Shown: positions 20,416-29,759, counted from the stretch's first letter. The stretch is DNA of 64,000 nucleotides from Candidatus Nomurabacteria bacterium (GCA_963832025.1 CAWHSF010000003.1:143665-207664); one strand, 5' to 3'. Notes: generated by a model not told the origin, from the sequence alone. Translations and numbers: made by a program.

Positions 20416-21222
20416 TTAAAGGGAAATATTCATATCTTTTCTGATTCCCTCACAAAGTTTTTTCGCTTCATTTTTGGGATTTTTAGAAAAAATAATTCCG
20501 CGTGAAGAGTTTATGATTAGTCCAAGTCCGTTTTTATTTAATCCTGCTTTTATCACAGCTTTGAGGTCTCCCTGTTGTGCTCCAATTCCGGGAACCAAAA
20601 AAATCATCTCGCCCACGATAGAACGTATTTTTTTCATCTCTTTCGGATAAGTCGCTCCCACCACGAGCATGCAATTGTTATTTTTATTCCATTGTTTTGA
20701 AACTCTTTCTGCGACAATTTGCCAAAGTTTTTTCGTGCCAACGTCTAAATCCTGAAACTCTTTCGCTCCTTCGTTTGATGTTCGGCAAAGAATTATGCAA
20801 GCTTTATCTTTCCTCTCCAAAAATGGTTGTAACGCTTCTTGTCCTAAATATGGATGTAGCGTCACGGCGTCGAAGCCGAGCCAGTCAAAAATCGCAGTCA
20901 CATAACCGTTGTTTGTGTTTCCAATATCTGCTCTTTTTGCATCCAAAATAGTAAAAATTTCTGGATAATTTTTATTTAAAAAATCCATCGTCATTTTTAA
21001 TTCTCGTATTCCTTTTTCTCCACGCGCTTCGTAAAATGCGCTGTTTGGTTTATAAGCGGAAGCATATTCATGAGTTTCTTTTATAATCCATTTATTAAAC
21101 TCGAACTGTGGAAACTTTTTCTGCAAAAATCTTTTAGGAATTTTATTAAAATCAGTATCGAGCCCTACGCAAAGCAGGGATTCTATTTTTTTTGCTCTTT
21201 TGTTGTATTTATCAATAATCAT
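20416..21222 (-). CDS. pyrF: orotidine 5'-phosphate decarboxylase (type 2)
   Basis: DAKRADIGNT motif, 268 aa. Confidence 0.85.
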   Translation of the reverse strand: MIIDKYNKRAKKIESLLCVGLDTDFNKIPKRFLQKKFPQFEFNKWIIKETHEYASAYKPNSAFYEARGEKGIRELKMTMDFLNKNYPEIFTILDAKRADIGNTNNGYVTAIFDWLGFDAVTLHPYLGQEALQPFLERKDKACIILCRTSNEGAKEFQDLDVGTKKLWQIVAERVSKQWNKNNNCMLVVGATYPKEMKKIRSIVGEMIFLVPGIGAQQGDLKAVIKAGLNKNGLGLIINSSRGIIFSKNPKNEAKKLCEGIRKDMNISL

Positions 21223-21851
21223 TTTTTATTTTTCTGCTCTTCTAAAAATTTTTTACCGTGTCCAAATTGTGTGTTTACAGTTATTCCAGCCTTGCACAGC
21301 GGACAATTTTTTGCTTCATAGGAAGGAACTTTCAAAACTCCAAGTGAATAAAATGGAGCACCGATACTTTTTGTATTAACCAATTTGGGATCCCGATTTA
21401 TCATCACACCGACGGCAACAACTTTGCCTCCGGCTTTCTTCACACTTTGTATTAATTTTTTGACTGAGCTGCCAACGGTTGTGGTATCTTCCACCACCAA
21501 AACCCGCTTACCTTTCACAGCAAAGTCATAACCGCGTTTAAATATTTGATCATTTTCAGAAGTTTTTTCGGTAAATGCACTCAGAACTTCTTTTTTAGTA
21601 ACATTGCTTAGGTGATACGCAGTCCATTGAGAAAACGGAATACCTGCGACAGCAGGAGCTACAACAATTTCTATTTTTTTATTTTTAAATTTTTGGGCAA
21701 ACAATTTGCCGATTTTCGATACATCTTTCGTGTGGAGTAAAAGTGCATCTTTATTGACATATACCGACATGTGTCTGCCGGAAGTACCAACAAAATGACT
21801 TTCTCTCTTGATTGCGCCAACTTTTTCTAAAATATTTATTACATTTCGCAT
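21219..21851 (-). CDS. pyrE: orotate phosphoribosyltransferase
   Basis: PRPP-binding motif VLVVEDTTTVGSS. Overlaps pyrF by 4 nt. Confidence 0.8.
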   Translation of the reverse strand: MRNVINILEKVGAIKRESHFVGTSGRHMSVYVNKDALLLHTKDVSKIGKLFAQKFKNKKIEIVVAPAVAGIPFSQWTAYHLSNVTKKEVLSAFTEKTSENDQIFKRGYDFAVKGKRVLVVEDTTTVGSSVKKLIQSVKKAGGKVVAVGVMINRDPKLVNTKSIGAPFYSLGVLKVPSYEAKNCPLCKAGITVNTQFGHGKKFLEEQKNKK

Positions 21852-21855
21852 AAAT

Positions 21856-22929
21856 TTATCTTAACCTTTCTTTTATCTCCCGCGCAAGGTAAGGATTCCA
21901 CATCGCTCCGGTCGCCGACATGACGATATCCGCTCCGGCATTTCGGTATTCAAAAAAATCATCAGGAGTGGTTACTCCACCGACTCCTATAATAGTGTAT
22001 GAGTAGCCCAACTCCTCTCGTAGTTTTTTTAATCTTTTCACCATATCCAATCCAGCCCATTTCACTGCATGCCCACACAAACCGCTTATCAATCTACCCT
22101 CGCCTGGTAAAGCTTGTTCGTTGTTTTCATCCAAAACTTTAGCCGACATAGTATTTATAGAGGAAATTCCTTGAACTAAATCCCCCATTTCTTTTACTAG
22201 ATTCTTAAGACTTTCTGTATCTGAAAAATATGCAATTTTAGCGATTAACGGGATTAACCCAATTTCCTCTTTAATTGCTTTTATTATTTTTATGGTTTTT
22301 CCTGCATCAAAACAAAGCAAGTGGCTAGAACCTTCATTTGGACAACTCAAATTCACTTCCATAACTTTTACCCCTGTTTCTTTTAACAGCCTTGCGCACA
22401 ATACAAAATCCGCAATATATGCTTCTGTATTTCCTTTTTCCCAACTTGTCCCCTGGAAACTTCCAACTACGATTTGTCCCAAACGAGTATTTTGTATTAA
22501 TTTATTCAAATCTTTTTGCCAAAATTCTGGAGCAAAAGACGGCACCCCAAAAGAATTGGTAATAAGTTCGGGAATTTTTTCATTATTTTTATCTACAAAA
22601 ACACCATCTTTCATTTTCTGTAATGTTAGATCACCTTCAATTTTAATTGCTAGCACATTCGGCCAAGGATGGCATGGATACTTTTGCGTCCGGACAGTTT
22701 TATAAACACAAATATCAAAACCTTTATCCAATGCAGCTTGAACAAATTTACCGTTTATTAATGGACCAGCAGGAATCCCAAAAGGTGAAAAAACTTTGTG
22801 GCCAAAAAAATTGAACATCGGTTCGCCTTTATCTTCCAAAATTTCGCCGTCGGCAAAAGCGCCAAATGGTCCTTGTTCAAAATTTTCTTCGTAAGACTTT
22901 TCAGGGTCATAAAATGGCGTAAGAAGCAT
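21856..22929 (-). CDS. pyrD: dihydroorotate dehydrogenase (class 1-like, Cys active site)
   Basis: NLSCPN motif. Start trimmed to the ATG at 22929, because the tracked N-terminal extension runs into the clpP promoter. Confidence 0.8.
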   Translation of the reverse strand: MLLTPFYDPEKSYEENFEQGPFGAFADGEILEDKGEPMFNFFGHKVFSPFGIPAGPLINGKFVQAALDKGFDICVYKTVRTQKYPCHPWPNVLAIKIEGDLTLQKMKDGVFVDKNNEKIPELITNSFGVPSFAPEFWQKDLNKLIQNTRLGQIVVGSFQGTSWEKGNTEAYIADFVLCARLLKETGVKVMEVNLSCPNEGSSHLLCFDAGKTIKIIKAIKEEIGLIPLIAKIAYFSDTESLKNLVKEMGDLVQGISSINTMSAKVLDENNEQALPGEGRLISGLCGHAVKWAGLDMVKRLKKLREELGYSYTIIGVGGVTTPDDFFEYRNAGADIVMSATGAMWNPYLAREIKERLR

Positions 22930-22962
22930 GATTGTATAGTAGCAAAAATTTTTTCTAATGTC

Positions 22963-22991
22963 TTGATTTAATAAAAAAACGAGTGTATTAT
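22963..22991 (+). promoter_or_regulatory. clpP promoter, apparently leaderless
   Basis: TTGATT, 17-nt spacer, TATTAT; 6 nt separate the -10 box from the ATG at 22998. No SD. Confidence 0.5.
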
Positions 22992-22997
22992 AGACGC

Positions 22998-23603
22998 ATG
23001 TTAATCCCAACCGTAATTGAAAAAAGCCAGTTTGGCGAAAGAGCTTACGATATTTACTCTCGCCTTTTACGTGAGCGTATTGTCTTTTTAGCTGGGCCAA
23101 TAGACGATAACACTGCAAATATCATTATTGCTCAGCTTTTGTTTTTGGAATCCGAAGATTCAAAGAAAGATATTTCACTTTATATAAATTCTCCTGGTGG
23201 CTCTGTCACTTCTACGATGGCAATAGTAGACACCATGAACCATGTCCGCCCGGATGTATCTACTTTTTGCGTTGGCCTTGCCGCTTCTGGCGCAGCCATT
23301 GTTCTCTCTGCAGGAAAAAAGGGCAAGAGATTTATTTTACCGAATGCTGAAGTCATGATTCATCAACCGATGGGCGGAGTAGAAGGGCAAGCATCAGACA
23401 TAGCCATCACGGCCAAACACATTCTGAAAACGAGAGACAATCTAAATAAACTTTTGGCAAAAAATACTGGCAAATCTTTGGCGCAAGTAGAAAAAGATGT
23501 AGAAAGAGATTTCTTTATGGATTCCGACGAAGCGCAAAAATACGGAATCATTGACGAGATTGTCACCAAATCCAAAACTCCAACTACGAAAAGTCAGGAT
23601 TAA
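22998..23603 (+). CDS. clpP: ATP-dependent Clp protease proteolytic subunit
   Basis: [26 protein letters not shown] and MIHQP motifs. Confidence 0.92.
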   Translation: MLIPTVIEKSQFGERAYDIYSRLLRERIVFLAGPIDDNTANIIIAQLLFLESEDSKKDISLYINSPGGSVTSTMAIVDTMNHVRPDVSTFCVGLAASGAAIVLSAGKKGKRFILPNAEVMIHQPMGGVEGQASDIAITAKHILKTRDNLNKLLAKNTGKSLAQVEKDVERDFFMDSDEAQKYGIIDEIVTKSKTPTTKSQD

Positions 23604-23663
23604 TATTTATATTTAAAAGGCTTTTTTGCAATTCTAGCTCTTTAATTTTGACCGTTTTATCTA

Positions 23664-23692
23664 TTGACAGATAGACAATATTCTGCTATAAT
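23664..23692 (+). promoter_or_regulatory. perfect sigma70-consensus promoter of the GC-rich island gene
   Basis: TTGACA (23664-23669), 17-nt spacer, TATAAT (23687-23692). Confidence 0.65.
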
Positions 23693-23752
23693 TATATACG
23701 TAACGCGTTCCGTCAAAATTCAATAAGATGTATGCTCGGAGGAGCAAAGACA

Positions 23753-24643
23753 ATGAAGAAATGGGGTTCGTTCGCCACCAGACTTGCCGCAACGCTTCTA
23801 ATCGTTGTCTTGACTGCCTGCACTTCGCAGGTGTCGAGCAGCAAGACATTCACCGTCCTCCCCACACAAAGCTACGACCAGTACAAACAGATGGTCGTCG
23901 ATGGAACAACGTGGACGATCCCAATGGGCATTGATTTCGTGCCTGTCGGACATCCCTTGTCTGAACACGAAGCTCGCTTACTCAAGCTCCACAAGGAGAC
24001 GCTGAAGTATCGCGGCTTCTTCTACAACGAGCTCCGCAGCCGGCACACCTTCGAGGCTAAATATCTTGAGGTAGGTACTGAAGTGTGGGCCGATGAAACC
24101 GACAGACCCAGGTATCTGGTGTCTTGTGGGAATCAGATCTCGATTGTTCCAATGGGAGTAACCTGCCCCAACACAGTATCGTATCCTAAGACAGAAGGCG
24201 CAGGGACCTTTGACTTGCAAGAGAAATTACTCGCTTTCTTGTTGGCACTTGCAGCCTTGATTGCGATTGGAATGATGCTCTTTGCTGCTATCGTCTGGCT
24301 GGCAGGAGCAATAGCCAGATTGCTATCACCAACTCCGCCGGTTCAAGAAACGACACCAACTCCTGAGGCACCTCCAACGCCTGCCCCAGTTCCTGTTGCA
24401 CCAACATCTACGCCAGCTCAGGTGCCAGTAGCGCCAGCTACTTCTCAGGAAACCCCGGCTTCTACGGTAACAATGCGCAGGTTTGGTCCGTTCAAAACGA
24501 CCACGACAAGTGACCGTCAGGAGGACGGGTTTCATGTTGTCGGAGATGGTCGAGAACTTGGGGTGTTCACAACACCTGTGACCACCGAGGACGCGGGAGA
24601 ACGCGGACACTTCGTCGTGCACACCACGACTACTACATCTTAA
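23753..24643 (+). CDS. hypothetical lipoprotein with internal TM helix and Pro/Thr-rich region; compositionally foreign
   Basis: GGAGG SD 10 nt upstream. Lipobox LTAC in MKKWGSFATRLAATLLIVVLTAC. Visibly much higher GC than its flanks. Confidence 0.7.
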   Translation: MKKWGSFATRLAATLLIVVLTACTSQVSSSKTFTVLPTQSYDQYKQMVVDGTTWTIPMGIDFVPVGHPLSEHEARLLKLHKETLKYRGFFYNELRSRHTFEAKYLEVGTEVWADETDRPRYLVSCGNQISIVPMGVTCPNTVSYPKTEGAGTFDLQEKLLAFLLALAALIAIGMMLFAAIVWLAGAIARLLSPTPPVQETTPTPEAPPTPAPVPVAPTSTPAQVPVAPATSQETPASTVTMRRFGPFKTTTTSDRQEDGFHVVGDGRELGVFTTPVTTEDAGERGHFVVHTTTTTS

Positions 24644-24680
24644 ATCAATCCCCTCTTGGCCCCAAGCCAAGAGGAAAACC

Positions 24681-24712
24681 AAAGGGCGGACGCGCAATGC
24701 GTCCGCCCTTTT
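24681..24712. terminator. bidirectional intrinsic terminator
   Basis: aaagggcggacgc gcaat gcgtccgcccttt flanked by A/T runs. Lies between convergent genes. Confidence 0.75.
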
Positions 24713-24723
24713 AAAATTATTTT

Positions 24724-26613
24724 TTAAAGTATTTTTATACTGCCTCCGGTGTTGCCAGCCATGATGTATTCGGCTACTTTGTTTTCCACAATTTGTTCCA
24801 TCGCACGTTTGATTGGACGAGCGCCAAATTCCGGGTCATATCCCGCAGATGCGACTTTTTCAATCAAAGCGTCGGTAATCTCTAACGTAATTTTTTTATC
24901 ATTCAAAAGATTTTGCGCAAACTCATTCAGCAACAATGTGGTTATTTTTCTGGCTTCGTCTTGGTTGAGTGGTTTAAAAAGCACGATACTGTTAAATCTG
25001 TTTAAAAATTCCGGAGCAAATATTCCGTTTCTTATCAAATCGTTAATTAATATTTTTTTATCAATTTCTGGACTAGCGATAATTTCTGCACTCCCGGCAT
25101 TGGATGTGGCAATAATTATCGCGTCTTTAAAACTTGCCTCCCTGCCAGAAGAGCGAGTCAAGCGCCCCTCATCAAGCACTTGCAAAAGTAAGTTATGAAT
25201 TAAAGAATTTGCTTTCTCAAGCTCATCAAAGAAAATCAAAGAGAGTGGCGCTTCTTCAACAGCAGAAGTCAATCTTTCAGTAAAAGCAGTCATGGAACTT
25301 CCGCTTGAAAATTCACTCATATCAAAACGAATCATGGCGTTTTTTCTGCCGAAATAACTTTCCGCCAAAATTTTTGCCGTATAAGTTTTTCCAACTCCCG
25401 TCGGCCCCAAGAAAAGGAAGCTCCCGGCTGGCTTGGTGTGATCGGCAATACCGGTACGTAAACGTCGCAATGCCTCGGCCACATCTTTGACTGCTTCATC
25501 TTGGCCAATAATCTTTTTTTCCATTGAAGCTTCAAGTTCTACGAGTACTTTCTTTTCATCGGTACCGATATCTCCGATTGGTATGTTTGTCTTGTCAGAT
25601 ACGACTTGTCTCACATCGGAAATAGTTATTCTCTTTCTCATGGTTTGTAACTCTTCCAAGACGGAAATAGATTTCAAGGGTTCTGCTTGATTGCCAATCA
25701 AACGGTCAGTCAATTTTACTATTTCTTCTACCGCATCTTGGTCTATTCTCACATGCATTTTTTGAGCGTTATTTAAAAGAATTGCCACCGTATCTTCTTC
25801 GTCTGTTTCCAGAATGTCCACTTTTTCAAATTTTGAAAGAAATTCTGGATAATTTTTTAACACTTGGTCGTAATTTGATAAATCAGTCGTGACGATTATT
25901 CCCAAATGAGGCATGTGTAGATAAGGCATGAGCTTTTCATACAAGGCTTCATAAGAATGTATATTTTCTATCACGAGAATTACATTGCCCGCAGAGGCTG
26001 CCTCCTTTAAACATTTTTCAAAATCTATTAAATTAATTCCTTCGACAAACAATTCCACCACTCGATGTTGGCGAATCTCCGGAGAAGACAAGCCTGACTG
26101 GCCCAAACGTCCGAGATAAGCTATCAAAGTTGACTTACCAACCCCCGTATCTCCCACCAAAAGAACATTGCGGTTGCTTTCTTTGGAAAGTCCTCGTTCA
26201 ATCATGCGAAGCGCTTTTTCTTTGCCATAAATTTTTTGTGAACTGGGAGAAATTACATCTTTACTGTGCAGAAAGAGAGTATAAGTATCTCCATAGGAAA
26301 GCGATGAACCTACACTCCCCAAATTTTTTAGATATTCAATACTAATATTTATCGGCAAAATTAAAAATATTGGAAAAGTTAAAATAATCAGAATGGTAAA
26401 AATTAAACCAAAAACTATCAAAATTATTCGAGCAATTAACCCTAAAAACCGGGAGAAAATAGAAAAAATGATTTTTTCAAAAAAAGATAAGTGGTCGCCG
26501 GAACCTTTGTCCATTTTCCAGGGCGAGAAAAGAGTTTTGACGAGAAGAGGAATAGAAAAAGCATTAAACGCATAAATGACTAGGTTCTTCCACGAACGTA
26601 TTCCTGAGTGCAT
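24724..26613 (-). CDS. Clp/Hsp100-type double AAA+ ATPase with N-terminal membrane anchor
   Basis: TM region at the N-terminus. D1 has Walker A GDTGVGKS but Walker B VILVIENIH. D2 has GPTGVGKT and IFFDELEKA. C-terminal ClpB_D2-small-like FGARPIKR. Confidence 0.8.
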   Translation of the reverse strand: MHSGIRSWKNLVIYAFNAFSIPLLVKTLFSPWKMDKGSGDHLSFFEKIIFSIFSRFLGLIARIILIVFGLIFTILIILTFPIFLILPINISIEYLKNLGSVGSSLSYGDTYTLFLHSKDVISPSSQKIYGKEKALRMIERGLSKESNRNVLLVGDTGVGKSTLIAYLGRLGQSGLSSPEIRQHRVVELFVEGINLIDFEKCLKEAASAGNVILVIENIHSYEALYEKLMPYLHMPHLGIIVTTDLSNYDQVLKNYPEFLSKFEKVDILETDEEDTVAILLNNAQKMHVRIDQDAVEEIVKLTDRLIGNQAEPLKSISVLEELQTMRKRITISDVRQVVSDKTNIPIGDIGTDEKKVLVELEASMEKKIIGQDEAVKDVAEALRRLRTGIADHTKPAGSFLFLGPTGVGKTYTAKILAESYFGRKNAMIRFDMSEFSSGSSMTAFTERLTSAVEEAPLSLIFFDELEKANSLIHNLLLQVLDEGRLTRSSGREASFKDAIIIATSNAGSAEIIASPEIDKKILINDLIRNGIFAPEFLNRFNSIVLFKPLNQDEARKITTLLLNEFAQNLLNDKKITLEITDALIEKVASAGYDPEFGARPIKRAMEQIVENKVAEYIMAGNTGGSIKIL

Positions 26614-26974
26614 TTATATATTCTAGCATATATAGACAAAATTTCAGCAATCTGTTATACTGAAAAAGTTGAAATTTACAAATTTTTTCGCTTAATTTAA
26701 GTCGGTTCTCAGGAATATTCCATATATTATGAAGTTTCAAGAAAAAATGTTAAGAAGAAATTTTCAAATCTTTACTAGTGTTTTTGCTAAAGGAGAAGTA
26801 AGGCCAAAAATATAATGGTTTGTTCTTGTAAGCTGGCTATCTAGCTTATGAGCATAACAATAATAATTTTAATCGGAGTCGTAGTACTCCTTTTGGGCGT
26901 CGGGATCAGGATACTATCTTCGCCTAATCATCGCGCTGGGCAAGAGAAGGTCCATAGAAATAGACATCAAGCAA

Positions 26975-28378
26975 ATGATGGTCGGCGCAAAAGAAGAGGC
27001 GCAAAAAATTACCGATGAAGCCAAAAAGGCTTCGGAGGCCAAACTCACCGAGCTTCGCGAAGAAGAGAAAAAGAAAGAGAATGAGTTTAAGGAAACCGAA
27101 AAACGCCTCATAAAAAAGGATGAGTTTTTGGATGCGAGACAATTGGAAGTAGATAAGGAGGTTGAAAATATAAAAGTGAAAGTAGAGGAAGTAAAAAAGA
27201 TTCAGGAAAAAGTTTCCAAAATAGAAGAAGAAAAGAAAGTTGAATTGGAAAGAGTCGCAAAATTGACGGAGCTGGAAGCCAAAGATGAACTCTTGAAAGA
27301 TATTGAAAAAAAATACGAGGAAGATATTCTCATTAGAATTCAAAAACTGGAAAATACCAATGAGGAGAAATTGGACCGCCGAGCCAAAGACATTTTGGCT
27401 ACCACTATTCAACGTTTGGCTTCAAGTACAGCATCTGAATTGATGACAACCATCGTTTCCATTCCAAACAATGAAATCAAGGGTAAAATTATCGGAAAAG
27501 AAGGCCGAAATATCCGTGCTTTTGAAAGAGCGGCTGGCGTGGAATTGATTGTGGACGACACACCTGGCTCAATCGTTATCTCTTCATTTGACCCCATCCG
27601 AAGGCAAGTTGCTCGCTTGGCATTGGAGAACCTTATTTTAGACGGACGTATTCAACCAGCCAAGATTGAAGAGCTAGTAGAAAAAGCTAAAGAGGAAATC
27701 AATAAAATAATCAAAGAAAAAGGAGAGCAAGCTGTTTACGAATGCGGAATCTTTAACTTTGACCCGCGTATCGTGGCAATTATCGGACGATTGTATTTCC
27801 GCACCAGTTACGGACAAAATGTTCTTCAGCACTCCATCGAAATGGCACACATCGCTGGCATGCTCGCAGAAGAGCTCGGTGCAGATGTCGCCATCGCCAA
27901 AGCCGGAGCTTTGGTGCATGACATCGGTAAAGCTCTGGACCACGAAGTGCAAGGCACCCATATTGAAATCGGTATGCGCATCTTGCAAAAGTTCGGTGCG
28001 GATGAACGCATCGTGACTGCTATGAAGTCCCACCATGAAGATTATCCTTATGAAACGATTGAATCAGTCATCGTACAAACTGCCGACGCCATCTCTGGCG
28101 GCCGGCCTGGTGCACGCCGAGACTCAGTAGAGAACTACTTGAAGCGTTTACAAGAGCTTGAAGCACTGGTAAACACTTTCCCTGCTGTAGAAAAATCATA
28201 TGCATTGCAAGCTGGCCGTGAAATCCGCATCTTTGTAACCCCTGAAAAGATTTCCGACGCTGAAGCAAAGCTCATGGCTCGTGATATTGCTCTAAAAATA
28301 GAACAAGAACTCAAATATCCTGGAGAAATTAAAGTAACAATGATTCGCGAAACAAGAATTATTGAATACGCTAGATAA
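26975..28378 (+). CDS. rny: ribonuclease Y (KH + HD domains)
   Basis: KH GKEGRNIRAFE, HD HDIGKA. The expected N-terminal TM helix is encoded from the ATG at 26848 in another frame. Confidence 0.9.
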   Translation: MMVGAKEEAQKITDEAKKASEAKLTELREEEKKKENEFKETEKRLIKKDEFLDARQLEVDKEVENIKVKVEEVKKIQEKVSKIEEEKKVELERVAKLTELEAKDELLKDIEKKYEEDILIRIQKLENTNEEKLDRRAKDILATTIQRLASSTASELMTTIVSIPNNEIKGKIIGKEGRNIRAFERAAGVELIVDDTPGSIVISSFDPIRRQVARLALENLILDGRIQPAKIEELVEKAKEEINKIIKEKGEQAVYECGIFNFDPRIVAIIGRLYFRTSYGQNVLQHSIEMAHIAGMLAEELGADVAIAKAGALVHDIGKALDHEVQGTHIEIGMRILQKFGADERIVTAMKSHHEDYPYETIESVIVQTADAISGGRPGARRDSVENYLKRLQELEALVNTFPAVEKSYALQAGREIRIFVTPEKISDAEAKLMARDIALKIEQELKYPGEIKVTMIRETRIIEYAR

Positions 28379-28390
28379 AAATCACTCAGA

Positions 28391-28437
28391 AAAGGCGGGT
28401 TTGGTAAATATTATTACCAAACCCGCCTTTTCTTTTG
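28391..28437 (+). terminator. intrinsic terminator after rny
   Basis: aaaggcgggtttggtaa ... ttaccaaacccgccttt followed by tcttttg. Confidence 0.75.
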
Positions 28438-28553
28438 CTACTTGCCTTAAAAAACCCTTGATATATAATGTATAGGTAGTATTTATATAGGTTAAACGGT
28501 CGAAACATTACAAATTTTGTCTAACTTGTCCCGCGTTAGTGGGAAAATATCAT

Positions 28554-28826
28554 ATGAACAAACAAGCATTAGCTGAATGGGTACATGGAAAGCTCGGTGG
28601 CACAAAGGTGCAAGCAGAAGAAATCGTCGACGGATTGTTTGAAGCTATCATTTCAACTTTGAAAAAAGGTGGTGAAGTTTCAATCGCTGGCTTCGGAATC
28701 TTTTCCGTAAAGGCTCGCGCTGCTCGCATGGCTCGCAATCCAAAAACTGGTGAGCAAGTCAAAGTAGCTGCAAAGAAAGTTCCAAAATTCCGACCTGCAA
28801 AAGGTTTGAAGGACACTATTGCATAA
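28554..28826 (+). CDS. hup: HU/IHF-family DNA-binding protein
   Basis: FGIFSVKARAARMARNPKTGEQVKVAAKKVPKFRPAKGLK. Confidence 0.9.
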   Translation: MNKQALAEWVHGKLGGTKVQAEEIVDGLFEAIISTLKKGGEVSIAGFGIFSVKARAARMARNPKTGEQVKVAAKKVPKFRPAKGLKDTIA

Positions 28827-28845
28827 CTTTTAATCTCGAGATTAA

Positions 28846-28880
28846 AAAACAAAAACACCCTAATCGGGTGTTTTTGTTTT
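28846..28880. terminator. bidirectional hairpin between hup and lexA
   Basis: aaaacaaaaacaccc taatc gggtgtttttgtttt. Confidence 0.65.
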
Positions 28881-28885
28881 GGTAC

Positions 28886-29452
28886 TCAATATTTCCTTAT
28901 CACCGCCTTTAGTATAGCTATCACGTTCAAGGAATGTTCCGGATGAATAGGTTTGTAATTTTTGTTTGCGGGTTCGAGCCAACGTTTGCTTCCTTTCTCA
29001 CGAAGATATTTCATGGTGAATTCTCCATCCACTTCGGCAATGATTATCTGTCCGTCTTTCGCATGATTTGTTTTCTCTACCAGCACCATGTCTCCCTTTT
29101 CTATATGCGCATCTATCATGGAGTCACCATCAACCTCAAGCATGTAAGTCAGCGGTTTATTTTTGATCAGAAGATCATCCAAGTTTACCGTATCTGCGAG
29201 CTCTTCTTCAACGGTCGCCGGAAAGCCAGCTGTAACGTATCCAAGCATCGGTACTTCTCCAAATGTTTCGGATGGCATTAATCTGCCAAGATGGTCCTTG
29301 GCTACGAATCCTGCTTCTATAAGTTTTTCTACAATTTTAAAAACCGCATTCTTGGATTTGAAACCGAAAAGTTTCAGCATCTCAGAGTATGTCGGCATTC
29401 TTTTGTTGTCGCTGTAAAAGGATTCTATTTTTGTTTGATAAATGTTTTTCAT
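28886..29452 (-). CDS. lexA: LexA-type repressor (wHTH + S24 peptidase)
   Basis: GDSM serine motif and downstream Lys (FTMKYL). 188 aa. Confidence 0.8.
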   Translation of the reverse strand: MKNIYQTKIESFYSDNKRMPTYSEMLKLFGFKSKNAVFKIVEKLIEAGFVAKDHLGRLMPSETFGEVPMLGYVTAGFPATVEEELADTVNLDDLLIKNKPLTYMLEVDGDSMIDAHIEKGDMVLVEKTNHAKDGQIIIAEVDGEFTMKYLREKGSKRWLEPANKNYKPIHPEHSLNVIAILKAVIRKY

Positions 29453-29497
29453 TTGATTTTACGAAATCATGTCGCGCAACCGTCCTCTAAGCGCGAC

Positions 29498-29710
29498 CTA
29501 GAAGGAAAATTTCGTAACTGAAGAAGTGGGTCGGCTGAAAAACCGACTGAAAAAACTTCTTCTAGTATGATAACGAACTTTCTTCAAGAGCAACTTGTGC
29601 TCTCTTGCTTCCTTGGCATACTTTTCTCCCTCCAAAATCTTCAAGTCAATCTTCTTGTTAATCTTTTGTATTTCCCTCTCTAACATTTTTAAATATTGCG
29701 ATTGTGACAT
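29498..29710 (-). CDS. small basic coiled-coil protein, first gene of the lexA operon
   Basis: 70-aa ORF downstream of the SOS-box promoter. No homology recognised. Confidence 0.4.
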   Translation of the reverse strand: MSQSQYLKMLEREIQKINKKIDLKILEGEKYAKEAREHKLLLKKVRYHTRRSFFSRFFSRPTSSVTKFSF

Positions 29711-29759
29711 AAAATTTATTTATTATTTACTAATCCCGACCCGACTTGGTCTTACAGAT

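Noticed and set aside
21856-23118. Long N-terminal extensions of tracked ORFs (pyrD to 23118, metK from 32506, ksgA from 54504, clpP from 22983, hup from 28539)
   Set aside because: The extensions overlap neighbouring promoters or genes, or translate palindromic repeats. Conserved N-termini begin at the internal ATGs.
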